The notes under the pieces: generated by a model
What the model was told of the DNA's origin: nothing
The model's database searches: none
Seen by the model: the letters and a program-made list of their open reading frames with translations, nothing else
Program-made: the position numbers and the translations under genes
Assembly: GCA_017413105.1 (NCBI GenBank)
Contig: JAFPVA010000235.1
Span: 6,045 to 70,044 of the forward strand
Source of the DNA: Butyrivibrio sp.
GTDB taxonomy: Bacteria > Bacillota > Clostridia > Lachnospirales > Lachnospiraceae
Length of the DNA stretch: 64,000 bases
Reading direction: 5' to 3'
Shown here: piece after piece, positions 55,385 through 64,000 of the stretch
Position numbering within the stretch: position 1 is the first letter of the stretch
Layout of the letters: each line of letters begins with the position of its first letter

Positions 55385-56170
55385 TTAGCCGAACATTTTG
55401 GGTACAAATTCCTGAACGTATTTACTCCAGAAGGCCATGTCATGCTGACCTTTATCTTCGACATAAGTATGTTCTACGCTATTTTCCTCAAGGAACTTAT
55501 GGAATGCCCTGTTGTTTTCAAGAAGGAAGTCCTCTGTGCCAACAGCCATGAATATTTCAGGAAGTTCTTTTCCCTCTGCCAAAAGATCTTTTACCAGAGT
55601 CTCTGGATTGTTCTTGCTTTCAAGAAGCTCCTTGGGTTCGCCAAAGCATTCCCTGTAATAATCGTAGTTAGCAACTTCATTCCCCTGGCCCTCTTTCATG
55701 CCTGTCACTTCATGTGTGATGAGGGCAGAAGAAAGAGCAGTAACTTTGCCAAAGGTCTCAGGATACGCAAAAGCGGTGTGCAGAGCACCAAAGCCACCCA
55801 TTGAGAGGCCCATTATGTAGGTATCTTCCTTTGTCAACGCAAGGTTAAAGGTCTTTCTTACATAGTTGATCAGCTCCTCCCCTAGGAATGTGCAGAATTG
55901 GTGGCCTGTAGCACGACCGTCGAGCCAAAATGAATTCTCACCGTTTGGTACAACCACTGCGAAATTGTACTTGGCTGATAGTTCCTCGGGAACCCAGTTC
56001 TCCGCATCTCCGGTGTAACCGTGGAGCAGAAACAATGTCTTTATTGGACGCTTTGCGTAAGGATTTTCTTCCCCCGGAAAATCATTTCTGATGTCATTTG
56101 GAATGTACATCTTGAAAGTCGTCGGTCTTCTAAGACTATTAGAAAAGAAACGAATTGTAAAATTTGCCAT
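55385..56170 (-). CDS. Alpha/beta-hydrolase esterase (tributyrin esterase/CE1-like)
   Basis: LLHG, GLSMGG nucleophile, GTEDFL, GQHD. Confidence 0.9.
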   Translation of the reverse strand: MANFTIRFFSNSLRRPTTFKMYIPNDIRNDFPGEENPYAKRPIKTLFLLHGYTGDAENWVPEELSAKYNFAVVVPNGENSFWLDGRATGHQFCTFLGEELINYVRKTFNLALTKEDTYIMGLSMGGFGALHTAFAYPETFGKVTALSSALITHEVTGMKEGQGNEVANYDYYRECFGEPKELLESKNNPETLVKDLLAEGKELPEIFMAVGTEDFLLENNRAFHKFLEENSVEHTYVEDKGQHDMAFWSKYVQEFVPKMFG

Positions 56171-56475
56171 ATTTAACCCCATCCTTTTTTCATAGTTTCT
56201 TTCTATTGTACTACATTATGAGCTGAAGGTTGCCATATCCCTTGTGCCGGAAATATCCTGGTCCCTGAAAAAAAACAAGTCACGTATCCCTTGTCCCCCT
56301 TACATCACACCCCGCAAGAAGCCTTGTCATCGCCCGAAAAAAAGATAAGCCCCTGTCCGATGACCAGAGGCTTTTCCTTGAATATGTAAGTAAGTGGTTC
56401 AGACACTAAAAGTTTCTTTTCAGATCAGTATGCTTACTCTTTTTGATAATATGGCAAATAATGTTTTTCTTGGAT

Positions 56476-58278
56476 TTATAGTGCAAACTTTGAAACAAAA
56501 TCCTGCAGATCCTGAGCATTATTAGCCAGCTTATCTGAAGCTTCGGCAACTTCATGAGATGAAGCTGTCTGTTCCTGAGAAGCAGCTGAAACATTCTGAG
56601 TTTCATCTGCAACATTGGAACTCATATCTTCAATCTTACTGATGTTATCAGCGATTGTATCGGTTCCGTTAGAAAGCTGACTCACAATCTCGCTCATTCT
56701 TTCTGACTGCTCTGAAATAGAGTAAACCATATCTACAATGTTGCTGAAGGTATTACCCGCCTCATTGACGGTCTCTGTACCATCCACAACGCTCTGAGCC
56801 CCCTGACGCATGGCAGTAACCGCCTCATCAGAATTCTTCATGATCTCTGCAATGAGCTCTGTGATCTTGGATGCAGCCTCATTGGACTGGTCAGCCAGTT
56901 TGCTGATCTCACTGGCTACAACTGCAAAGCCTTTTCCCATTTCACCGGCTCTTGCAGCCTCAATGCTGGCATTTAGCGAAAGGAGGTTAGTCTGACTAGC
57001 AATCTCAGCTATAGTATCAACGAATGTATCGATATTCTTAAGCTGTTCACCTAAAGCCTCAACTACGCTTGCAGTGCCTTCTACTGATTCCTTTATGACC
57101 CCCATCATGTTTGTGGCATTGGTCATGTCTGAAGCCCCCTTCTTGGCAGCTTCATTGGTGGTCTTTATCATCTCAGTAGTCTTGCCGATAGCATCCTGGA
57201 ATTCCTGCATGTTATTGACGAAGGTCTTTGTCTCATTGCTGGCACTTGCCACAGCATTAATCTGTCCTGAGCAGGATTCCGCAACTGATGTACAGGAAGT
57301 AGCCACCATCTCACTTGCTTTAGCAGACTGGGATGCGCTGGCAGAAAGCTCTTCCGAAGCAGATGCTACATAAGCAGTAGTATCGGAGATTTTCATCATA
57401 AGATCTCTGATATTGGTATGCATGAGATTAAGTGCAGTTGCAATCTGTCCAATCTCATTATTCTCCTTAGCCGGAAGTTTTCGAACTTTGTCCATCTCTT
57501 CATTATCCGTGAAGTCATTATTGGACATGCGCACCATCTGATTTGTAGCAAGAATAATGGGAGAAGTGATTCTTTTTCCCATATATACAGCAATGACGAT
57601 ACCAATGATCAAAAGAATGATCAACACGATAATGCAGCTTGTAATGGCAGTGGAGAGCGCCTTTTCAGCCTCTTTTACATATTCACTTTTCAGTGAATCT
57701 ATATAGTCAACCCATACGCCTGTACCCATAACCCAGTCGAAAGGCTCAAAATATGCTGTGTAATTGATCTTTGGAAGAGGCTCTGTCTCGTTCGGCTTTG
57801 CGAACATAAGACTTGTATATCCGCCGCCCTCTTTAAGACCATTATTTATCATCTCCTGAATATAGTATGTACCGTTAGGGTCTACGCTGTCCCACCTGGA
57901 CTGTCCTTCTGTGTCTCTGCCCAAAAGAACTACATTGATTCCCTTGGAGGTATCAACCCAAAAATATCCTGACCCATCATTGTACTTTAGCTCTCTAATG
58001 ATATCAGCAGACTCTTTCTGTGCTTCTTCCATTGTCATTTCGCCGGCAAGATACCTGTTGTACATTATCTGGCAGACACTCATAGCCTCCTGAGTCTCAT
58101 TCTTCAGCTCATTCATAATATCTTCCCTGATCCTGTTCTCATAAGTCTCTGTTTCTGTAGCATTTGCCTTAATGGTGCTGTACAAGTTAAAGCTTGCAAT
58201 GGAAACTGCCGTGATAACCACCGCTAGAATGATAGAGCCGACGATAGGTAACATTAAAGAACCACTTTTTTTCTCCAT
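56476..58278 (-). CDS. Methyl-accepting chemotaxis protein (Cache sensor, HAMP)
   Basis: Two TM segments flanking a Cache-like domain (YFWV...PKINY...WVMGTG); NEIGQI HAMP; [18 protein letters not shown]. Confidence 0.95.
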   Translation of the reverse strand: MEKKSGSLMLPIVGSIILAVVITAVSIASFNLYSTIKANATETETYENRIREDIMNELKNETQEAMSVCQIMYNRYLAGEMTMEEAQKESADIIRELKYNDGSGYFWVDTSKGINVVLLGRDTEGQSRWDSVDPNGTYYIQEMINNGLKEGGGYTSLMFAKPNETEPLPKINYTAYFEPFDWVMGTGVWVDYIDSLKSEYVKEAEKALSTAITSCIIVLIILLIIGIVIAVYMGKRITSPIILATNQMVRMSNNDFTDNEEMDKVRKLPAKENNEIGQIATALNLMHTNIRDLMMKISDTTAYVASASEELSASASQSAKASEMVATSCTSVAESCSGQINAVASASNETKTFVNNMQEFQDAIGKTTEMIKTTNEAAKKGASDMTNATNMMGVIKESVEGTASVVEALGEQLKNIDTFVDTIAEIASQTNLLSLNASIEAARAGEMGKGFAVVASEISKLADQSNEAASKITELIAEIMKNSDEAVTAMRQGAQSVVDGTETVNEAGNTFSNIVDMVYSISEQSERMSEIVSQLSNGTDTIADNISKIEDMSSNVADETQNVSAASQEQTASSHEVAEASDKLANNAQDLQDFVSKFAL

Positions 58279-58506
58279 ATTGCCATTCCTTTCCGTTAAC
58301 TAATAAAAACGTTATCGTACAGAATTAATAGTACACTACCTGACGAAAGAAATATTCAACATTTCGCTAATTTTATAATTGTTTAATAATAACTAGAATT
58401 TCTTTATAAAAAACAACTTCACCTGTGGTGTGATACTTCTGTGACAAAGGAGAGCATAAAATGAGTTTATCAATTAAAAAATATTTCAAACACGAGAGGT
58501 GACATT

Positions 58507-58926
58507 ATGAAAAAACTACTTACAATACTTAGCGGAATTACTTTAGCAATCATCGTTTTCTTCCAGGGGTCAATGACTTCTGACGTGGCATTCGCAGCAG
58601 AGCCAACAGCACAGTCAGTAAAACAGTCTGATTTTCAGGTAGGAATCTGGGGAACAAATAATGACGGTGAAGAAATCTTAGTTGCTTTATATAACAACGG
58701 AAAACAGGACATCGCCTACGTTTCTAATGGAAATGTATCTATTTACAGAACTTACACCATAGCTCCCGCATTCGTAAAAGGAGCCACAAACGCTCAGCGC
58801 TTTACTATTGGTGAAGTTTCCTTCACTTACTGTGAGATCGGTGATGGAAGCTTCATCCTTACAGATGATGGAGATATCTACTCCGTTACAGATATTACAG
58901 CCTACGAAGTAGAACAGCTTCGCTAA
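58507..58926 (+). CDS. Hypothetical secreted protein
   Basis: GAGGTG SD, signal-peptide-like N-terminus, followed by a terminator. Confidence 0.7.
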   Translation: MKKLLTILSGITLAIIVFFQGSMTSDVAFAAEPTAQSVKQSDFQVGIWGTNNDGEEILVALYNNGKQDIAYVSNGNVSIYRTYTIAPAFVKGATNAQRFTIGEVSFTYCEIGDGSFILTDDGDIYSVTDITAYEVEQLR

Positions 58927-58961
58927 CAAAACTGCTTATAAACCAAATTACTCTCCTATAT

Positions 58962-59005
58962 AAAAGAGGCCTTCTCAGATATATGATCTGAGAAGACCTC
59001 TTTTT
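58962..59005. terminator. Bidirectional terminator
   Basis: aaaagaggccttctcagat...atctgagaagacctcttttt. Confidence 0.8.
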
Positions 59006-59008
59006 ATG

Positions 59009-59463
59009 TCATGCCATCGCGGATTGCTCACACAAACTCGCAGCCGACCTTTTGTGTTTAAGATTGTAGTATATAAGCTCTGTGATACAGCAGCATACCC
59101 AACCAACAGGATAGCCAAGACCAACCCACATAGGTTCGTTGACAAAAAAGTTTGTGAGCACAAAGAGATATATCTGCCTGATAACAACAAAGTTCATTAT
59201 CATTATGATCATCGGTCCCTGCGAATCTCCGCGGCCTCGCAGGGCTCCTGCCAGTGTGTGATTTACGCAGTTAGTCAGAAGAAAGAATACATTGGCGCGC
59301 ATAAACAGGCTTCCGTACTCTATTACAGTCGGATCCGATGAGAACATCCTGATTGCAGTTGATGCAAATATGAACAGGAAAACAGCGATGACAAAAGTGA
59401 TGCAGGTAGATGCAATAACTGTGATAAAAGACATGTAAGCCTAGTAAAAGCGCCCTTCTTTAT
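59009..59463 (-). pseudogene. C-terminal remnant of a MATE efflux transporter
   Basis: FSSDPTVIEYG, LAGALRGRGD..GPM, RQIY and YPVGW are MATE C-terminal motifs. Only ~141 aa remain; upstream codons IKKGAFT lie in a shifted frame and the rest of the gene is missing. Confidence 0.75.
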
Positions 59464-59530
59464 ACATATTTAACAATATTAATTTACGCAATATGGTAAT
59501 ATATAGCTATACATTCAGGAAGGTTTTTGT

Positions 59531-60445
59531 ATGGATAGAATTGAATTTTCTCAGGTTAAACTTGAGGATTTAAGCCATATATATGAATATACAGCTGCTT
59601 TCGGAGAGGGCTCATGCCAGCATTCACCTGTAAGCATGTGGTCCCTTTCGGAAAAATACGGAGATGAATTCTGCATTAAGGATGATGTTTTATACATCCT
59701 TCGAAGTAATCTTTGTGACGACGAGTTCAGGGTTTATCTGGCTCCCCTTGGAGAAGGTGACAAGAAGAATCAATTTGAAATGATCCTGGAGGATGCCAGG
59801 GCTTATGAAAAGAAAGTAAAATTCATATCCCTTACAGAGAGCTATGCCAAGGCTCTCGATGCTTCTTTTCCCGGGGAATTTGATATAGAAGAGGACATAA
59901 ACCTCAACGAATATATCTACACCACCCAAAGAATGTCCACCTTTTCCGGAAACAAGCTAAAAAAGCGCAGATCCGAGGTCAATACTTTCTGGAACATCTT
60001 TGGTGACAGAGCAAAAGTTAAGATCATAGATGACAAAGATCTCGATGATGTCCTCCAGTTCGAGAGGTTATGGCTTGTAAACAACTGCGGAAAAAAAGAT
60101 GACCTTGCCCTGCTCAGGGAATACAGGATGATTCAGAAGCAGCTTAAGGAGTATGACACCCTTAACCTGTCAGGAATAGTCCTAAGGATAGACGGCGTCG
60201 TTCAGGGTTTTGGCTACGGCAGGAAGCTCAGCGATACCTACTACGACGCAATAGTTGAAAAGGGAAATCATGATATCCCTCATATTTACAAGGTTTTGCG
60301 TCAGGAATCCGTAAAGCAGTGTGCCATGGATTGCGTCTATGTAAATATGGAAGAAGATCTTGGAATTGAAGGCCTTCGTGCCGTGAAATATGCGTATAAA
60401 CCGGAATTCTTATTGCATAAGTATATTGCATCAAAAAAGGGGTGA
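59531..60445 (+). CDS. DUF2156 / phosphatidylglycerol lysyltransferase C-terminal-like (tRNA-dependent GNAT) protein
   Basis: EYIY...SGNKLKKRR..VN, VEKG and YVNMEEDLGIEGLRAVKYAYKP signature. Confidence 0.88.
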   Translation: MDRIEFSQVKLEDLSHIYEYTAAFGEGSCQHSPVSMWSLSEKYGDEFCIKDDVLYILRSNLCDDEFRVYLAPLGEGDKKNQFEMILEDARAYEKKVKFISLTESYAKALDASFPGEFDIEEDINLNEYIYTTQRMSTFSGNKLKKRRSEVNTFWNIFGDRAKVKIIDDKDLDDVLQFERLWLVNNCGKKDDLALLREYRMIQKQLKEYDTLNLSGIVLRIDGVVQGFGYGRKLSDTYYDAIVEKGNHDIPHIYKVLRQESVKQCAMDCVYVNMEEDLGIEGLRAVKYAYKPEFLLHKYIASKKG

Positions 60446-60451
60446 CTTATT

Positions 60452-63400
60452 TTGAGCTATAAAAAAGAAGGTTTAGCAACACTTGGTCTTATATTTATCA
60501 CATTTCTGGCAGCTATCCAGTATATTTTCCTTCAAAATGTGCCGGATGATGTTTCAACCTTTGCGTTCGTATGTATCACGAACCTGATAGGTTTAATCAT
60601 TCTTGGTCTCGTGCAGATAAAAAAAGTAGTTAACATAAAAGGCAGGACCCTGGCAAAAGGTATTATTTTTGCGGTTGAACTCACCGGTTTTAACTACTTT
60701 GTTTTACTTGGCTCAAAAAACCTTGATGTTGTCGTTGTATCAAGCGTAGTCAGCCTTTACTTTATCTTTATCACACCTCTTTTACTTCTGCTTAGGAAAA
60801 AAGTCAGTTTCTTCTCGGCAATTGCTTCGGTCATTGCTGTAATAGCTCTTCTCCTTATGTTTGGTGCCGATACGGATGCACTCTTTTCCTCAAGAGAGGT
60901 TGTATATCTTATCATTGCAGACATGTTTTTTGCTGCCTACGTTGTCAGCGTATCTATCCTTGGCGAAAACGAGGAGTCCTCACAGCTGACCTTCGCCCAG
61001 ATGCTGTTCTCGGCAATATTTGCCCTGGCAGGTTGGGCAATCCAGAGTTTTATGGGTCAGACGAGCTTTTCAATCCCAAAGCAGACCAGTTTCTGGGTAA
61101 GCGCACTGTTTATGGGAATCTTTATCCGTGCGGTCTATGGCCTTTTACAGATCAAATGTCAGAAATACGTCTCAGCCTTAAAGGCATCCCTGATCTTTTC
61201 AGCAGAGATCATCATCACCCTGGTCACTAACCCGATAATGTGCAAGCTCTTTGGAGTAGAATACACTCAGGCTACTCTTTTCCAGGTAGTTGGTGCGTTC
61301 CTTTTGATCATTGCAACTCTTATGGTTGATGAGTCCATCATGGCAAAGATCGGCTATGAGGACCTTATGGATAGCGCCGAAGAAGACCCGGATTCTCCTG
61401 AGGGCAAAAAGGTTTCAGTTGCCAAAAAGATCATACTCACAACCCTTACCTTTTCATTGGTAACGCTGATTCTTTCGACAATCATCTGTCTTTCAGCGAT
61501 TCACTTTATCAGACAGTCCGCTGTGTCCGGGTCAAAAGAGCTTGGACTTAACGCTTCCGAGACAAGTAGTAAAGCCATGATGGAGCAGCTGGAAGAAAAG
61601 ATATCAAATCAGGCAAGGGACAAGACTCTTTTGGCTGAGCAAAAGCTTAATGTCTATTCGGATGCTGTGCTTACTGCCGCATCCTATGCTCACATGCTAT
61701 ACACGGACAAGGAAGACTTTCCTCAGATTGAGGTTCAGAGGCCTCTTAAGAAAAATGCCGGGAAATGGGTTATGCAGAGGACCCTCGCAAGTCCCGATAT
61801 TTCCTATGACAGTCTCATCGAAGAGAGTATGCTCCTGGGAAATATGGAAAAAATCTTTGAGCCAATCAAGAATACCATTCCTAACCTGGTTACTATCTAT
61901 ATGGCAACGAGCAACGGTCTGCTCATAAGCTATGACACCTACTCTGATACAGGAGATTCTGTAGGAGAAGGTTATTTCGAGTACAGGAACGCCGGCTGGT
62001 ATGAAACGGCCAAAAACAGTGAGGGCGCCAAATTTACCGACACCTATCAGGACAGCTATGGCAGAGGCCTTACCATTACCTGCGTTGCACCCTTTACCGA
62101 TGAGCACGGAAACTTTGCCGGCTGCGTCGCTATGGACGTTCTCATGAGCGAACTCAATGAGTCCATGGTAAATGATGGAATCGTTATTCCAAGCGAAGCT
62201 ATCCTTATAGATTCAGAAGGCGAATATATTGCAGGAAAAGAAATAGATCCTTCCCTTGAGGACATGGGAAGCATCTTTGACGAGGATAAGAACGAAGCCC
62301 TGCGAATTGCAGGAAATGAGATTCTCTCAAGACCGAGCGCAGTTGTAAGTGCCGGAGAAGGTGAAAACGAAAAGTACATCGCCTTTTCGACCATCGAATC
62401 CACAGGCTGGAAGCTGTGTATCATAAGTCCCGTTTCTTCAGTAATAAAGCCTGCACAGATTATTCACGACAGTATCGATGAAAACACCAGCAATGTGGTC
62501 GACTCTGTAGTAAAGGGAATTCTCACGGTTATCCAGAGCTGTCTTGTACTTATTGCATTCATTTTGATAGTCGTAACTTCAGTAGTCGGAACAATTTCAA
62601 GAAGGATCTCCGATCCTCTCAAGAAGCTGGAAAAAGACGTGCGCAACATAAGCGGCGGCAATCTGGAAAGCAGAACGGAAGTCAATACCAATGATGAGAT
62701 CGGCAGCCTTGCCAGATCTTTTAACAACATGGCTGATTCCCTTCAGAAGTATATTGCAGATCTGACGGAAGCAACAGCCAAGGAAGAGCGTATTGCCGGC
62801 GAGCTGGCAATTGCGACCAACATCCAGGCCAGCATGCTTCCAAGAGATTTCGATTCTCTTGCCTGTCACAAGGAGTTCAGTCTTTATGCGACAATGACAC
62901 CGGCCAAAGAAGTCGGTGGAGACTTCTACGACTTCTTTATGGTGGATGACACTCACCTTGCCCTTGTTATGGCTGATGTATCCGGAAAAGGCGTACCTGC
63001 TGCCCTCTTCATGGTCATCGCAAAGACCTTGATAAAGAACAGGGCCCAGCTTGGAGGAACTCCATCAGAAGTACTCTCCTATGCCAATGAGCAGCTGTGT
63101 GAAGGAAATGATGAAGGACTCTTTGTAACCGTTTGGCTTGCTATCATAGACATAGCCACAGGAAAGGGCCTTGCGGCGAATGCCGGACATGAACACCCTG
63201 CCATCCGCAGAGCAGACGGCGAGTGGGAACTTATCAAGTACAAGCACTCCTCCGCTGTTGCAGTCATGGAAGGATTACCTTTTAAGGAGCATGAATTTGA
63301 GATTCACCCCGGAGACAGACTTTACGTCTACACTGACGGCGTAACAGAGGCCACGGATTCCGGAAATAATCTGTTCGGTGAAGACAGACTCTTAGAAGCC

Positions 63401-63529
63401 CTGAACAGTAATCCCGAAGCAGAGCCAAAAGAATATCTTGAAAATGTAAAGAATTCCATCGATGAGTTTGTAGGACAGGCACCTCAGTTTGATGATATTA
63501 CAATGCTGGGACTTATCTGGAGGGGTTAA
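60452..63529 (+). CDS. EamA/DMT transporter-Cache-HAMP-SpoIIE (PP2C) phosphatase fusion
   Basis: About 10 N-terminal TMs with DMT motifs (SLYFIFITPL, ASLIFSAEII); Cache (GWY...YQD), HAMP (DEIGSLARSFNNM); PP2C EVGGDFYD, ADVSGKG, NAGH, YTDGVTEA, FDDIT. Confidence 0.88.
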   Translation: MSYKKEGLATLGLIFITFLAAIQYIFLQNVPDDVSTFAFVCITNLIGLIILGLVQIKKVVNIKGRTLAKGIIFAVELTGFNYFVLLGSKNLDVVVVSSVVSLYFIFITPLLLLLRKKVSFFSAIASVIAVIALLLMFGADTDALFSSREVVYLIIADMFFAAYVVSVSILGENEESSQLTFAQMLFSAIFALAGWAIQSFMGQTSFSIPKQTSFWVSALFMGIFIRAVYGLLQIKCQKYVSALKASLIFSAEIIITLVTNPIMCKLFGVEYTQATLFQVVGAFLLIIATLMVDESIMAKIGYEDLMDSAEEDPDSPEGKKVSVAKKIILTTLTFSLVTLILSTIICLSAIHFIRQSAVSGSKELGLNASETSSKAMMEQLEEKISNQARDKTLLAEQKLNVYSDAVLTAASYAHMLYTDKEDFPQIEVQRPLKKNAGKWVMQRTLASPDISYDSLIEESMLLGNMEKIFEPIKNTIPNLVTIYMATSNGLLISYDTYSDTGDSVGEGYFEYRNAGWYETAKNSEGAKFTDTYQDSYGRGLTITCVAPFTDEHGNFAGCVAMDVLMSELNESMVNDGIVIPSEAILIDSEGEYIAGKEIDPSLEDMGSIFDEDKNEALRIAGNEILSRPSAVVSAGEGENEKYIAFSTIESTGWKLCIISPVSSVIKPAQIIHDSIDENTSNVVDSVVKGILTVIQSCLVLIAFILIVVTSVVGTISRRISDPLKKLEKDVRNISGGNLESRTEVNTNDEIGSLARSFNNMADSLQKYIADLTEATAKEERIAGELAIATNIQASMLPRDFDSLACHKEFSLYATMTPAKEVGGDFYDFFMVDDTHLALVMADVSGKGVPAALFMVIAKTLIKNRAQLGGTPSEVLSYANEQLCEGNDEGLFVTVWLAIIDIATGKGLAANAGHEHPAIRRADGEWELIKYKHSSAVAVMEGLPFKEHEFEIHPGDRLYVYTDGVTEATDSGNNLFGEDRLLEALNSNPEAEPKEYLENVKNSIDEFVGQAPQFDDITMLGLIWRG

Positions 63530-64000
63530 TCCTTAAGCCCCATCAGAAGGCAGCTGATTATCAGAAGGACTCCGGATGCCCATATAGTCCTCTCGTTGTA
63601 GATCATAGAAAAATTGCCGCCTAAGCCTGCCCCCAGAGCAAATATTATGATCACAAGCATATAATCAACGGCTTTTCTTAGTTCACTTTTGCTTTTGGTC
63701 CTGATGTACGCTGAAAAGGCTGTAACTCCGCTCTTTAAGTTACCGATACACATAGTGCTGGCATAGAAAGTACCATGAACTTTTCTAAAGGCCTGTAACT
63801 GCAGAGCACAGGAAAAAGATATCATACAGTTGGCAAGCATATTTAAAGTCTGAGGAAGAAAACCTACCACGACCATTATTATGGCTTCCGCCAGAACAAT
63901 GCCCTGCCTCCAGTGGATGATCCTTGAATTCTTGAACCTGAACTGAATACCGTCAGCAAAGAATATACCAAGCATAAAAGCAAAAATCGGGAACAGGTAC
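63526..64000 (-). CDS. YoaK/DUF1275 membrane protein (3' part; 5' end outside the window)
   Basis: PIFAFMLG, SFSCALQLQAFRKVHG..YASTMCIGNL and FALGA motifs. Confidence 0.85.
   Translation of the reverse strand, partial: YLFPIFAFMLGIFFADGIQFRFKNSRIIHWRQGIVLAEAIIMVVVGFLPQTLNMLANCMISFSCALQLQAFRKVHGTFYASTMCIGNLKSGVTAFSAYIRTKSKSELRKAVDYMLVIIIFALGAGLGGNFSMIYNERTIWASGVLLIISCLLMGLKD

Noticed and set aside
61970-62150. Canonical amino-acid-binding dCache_1 motif in the PP2C sensor
   Set aside because: The R-x-W-Y arginine is replaced (NAGWY), so the ligand class cannot be called.
1-64000. Prophage, integrase or IS transposase
   Set aside because: No ORF with recombinase, DDE/HUH transposase or phage structural motifs was found.

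Overview
Chromosomal segment of a rumen/gut Lachnospiraceae (Butyrivibrio-like, inferred from gene content) with about 44 CDS, mostly on the minus strand. No rRNA, tRNA, CRISPR array, prophage or transposase was recognised. Housekeeping and catabolic genes include trxB, an M18 aminopeptidase, GH105, a LacI-controlled maltodextrin ABC/GH13/GH31 locus, an NADP-dependent secondary ADH, metY, proB and metG. They are interspersed with many signalling proteins carrying unusual domain fusions. The best candidate for a new system is a phosphorelay at 18.9-25.7 kb. It has two hybrid histidine kinases, one with an internal degenerate DegV/FakB fatty-acid-binding domain and an Hpt domain, plus a receiver-only regulator. 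A stand-alone FakA middle-domain protein lies directly upstream, and a duplicated terminator with a flipped loop brackets the kinase/regulator block. Other notable fusions are peptidase S51-GGDEF-EAL, ECF S-component-propeller-Y_Y_Y-HD-GYP, EamA-Cache-HAMP-PP2C and triple MshEN-CheX. There is also an orphan HTH-fused adenine methyltransferase with a HAD gene, a probable ~120-nt sRNA with repeated UGCCAA loop motifs, REP/MITE-like elements around proB, a probable SOS-regulated small gene and a stand-alone LexA N-terminal-domain ORF. All family assignments come from motif recognition by eye; no database search was run.
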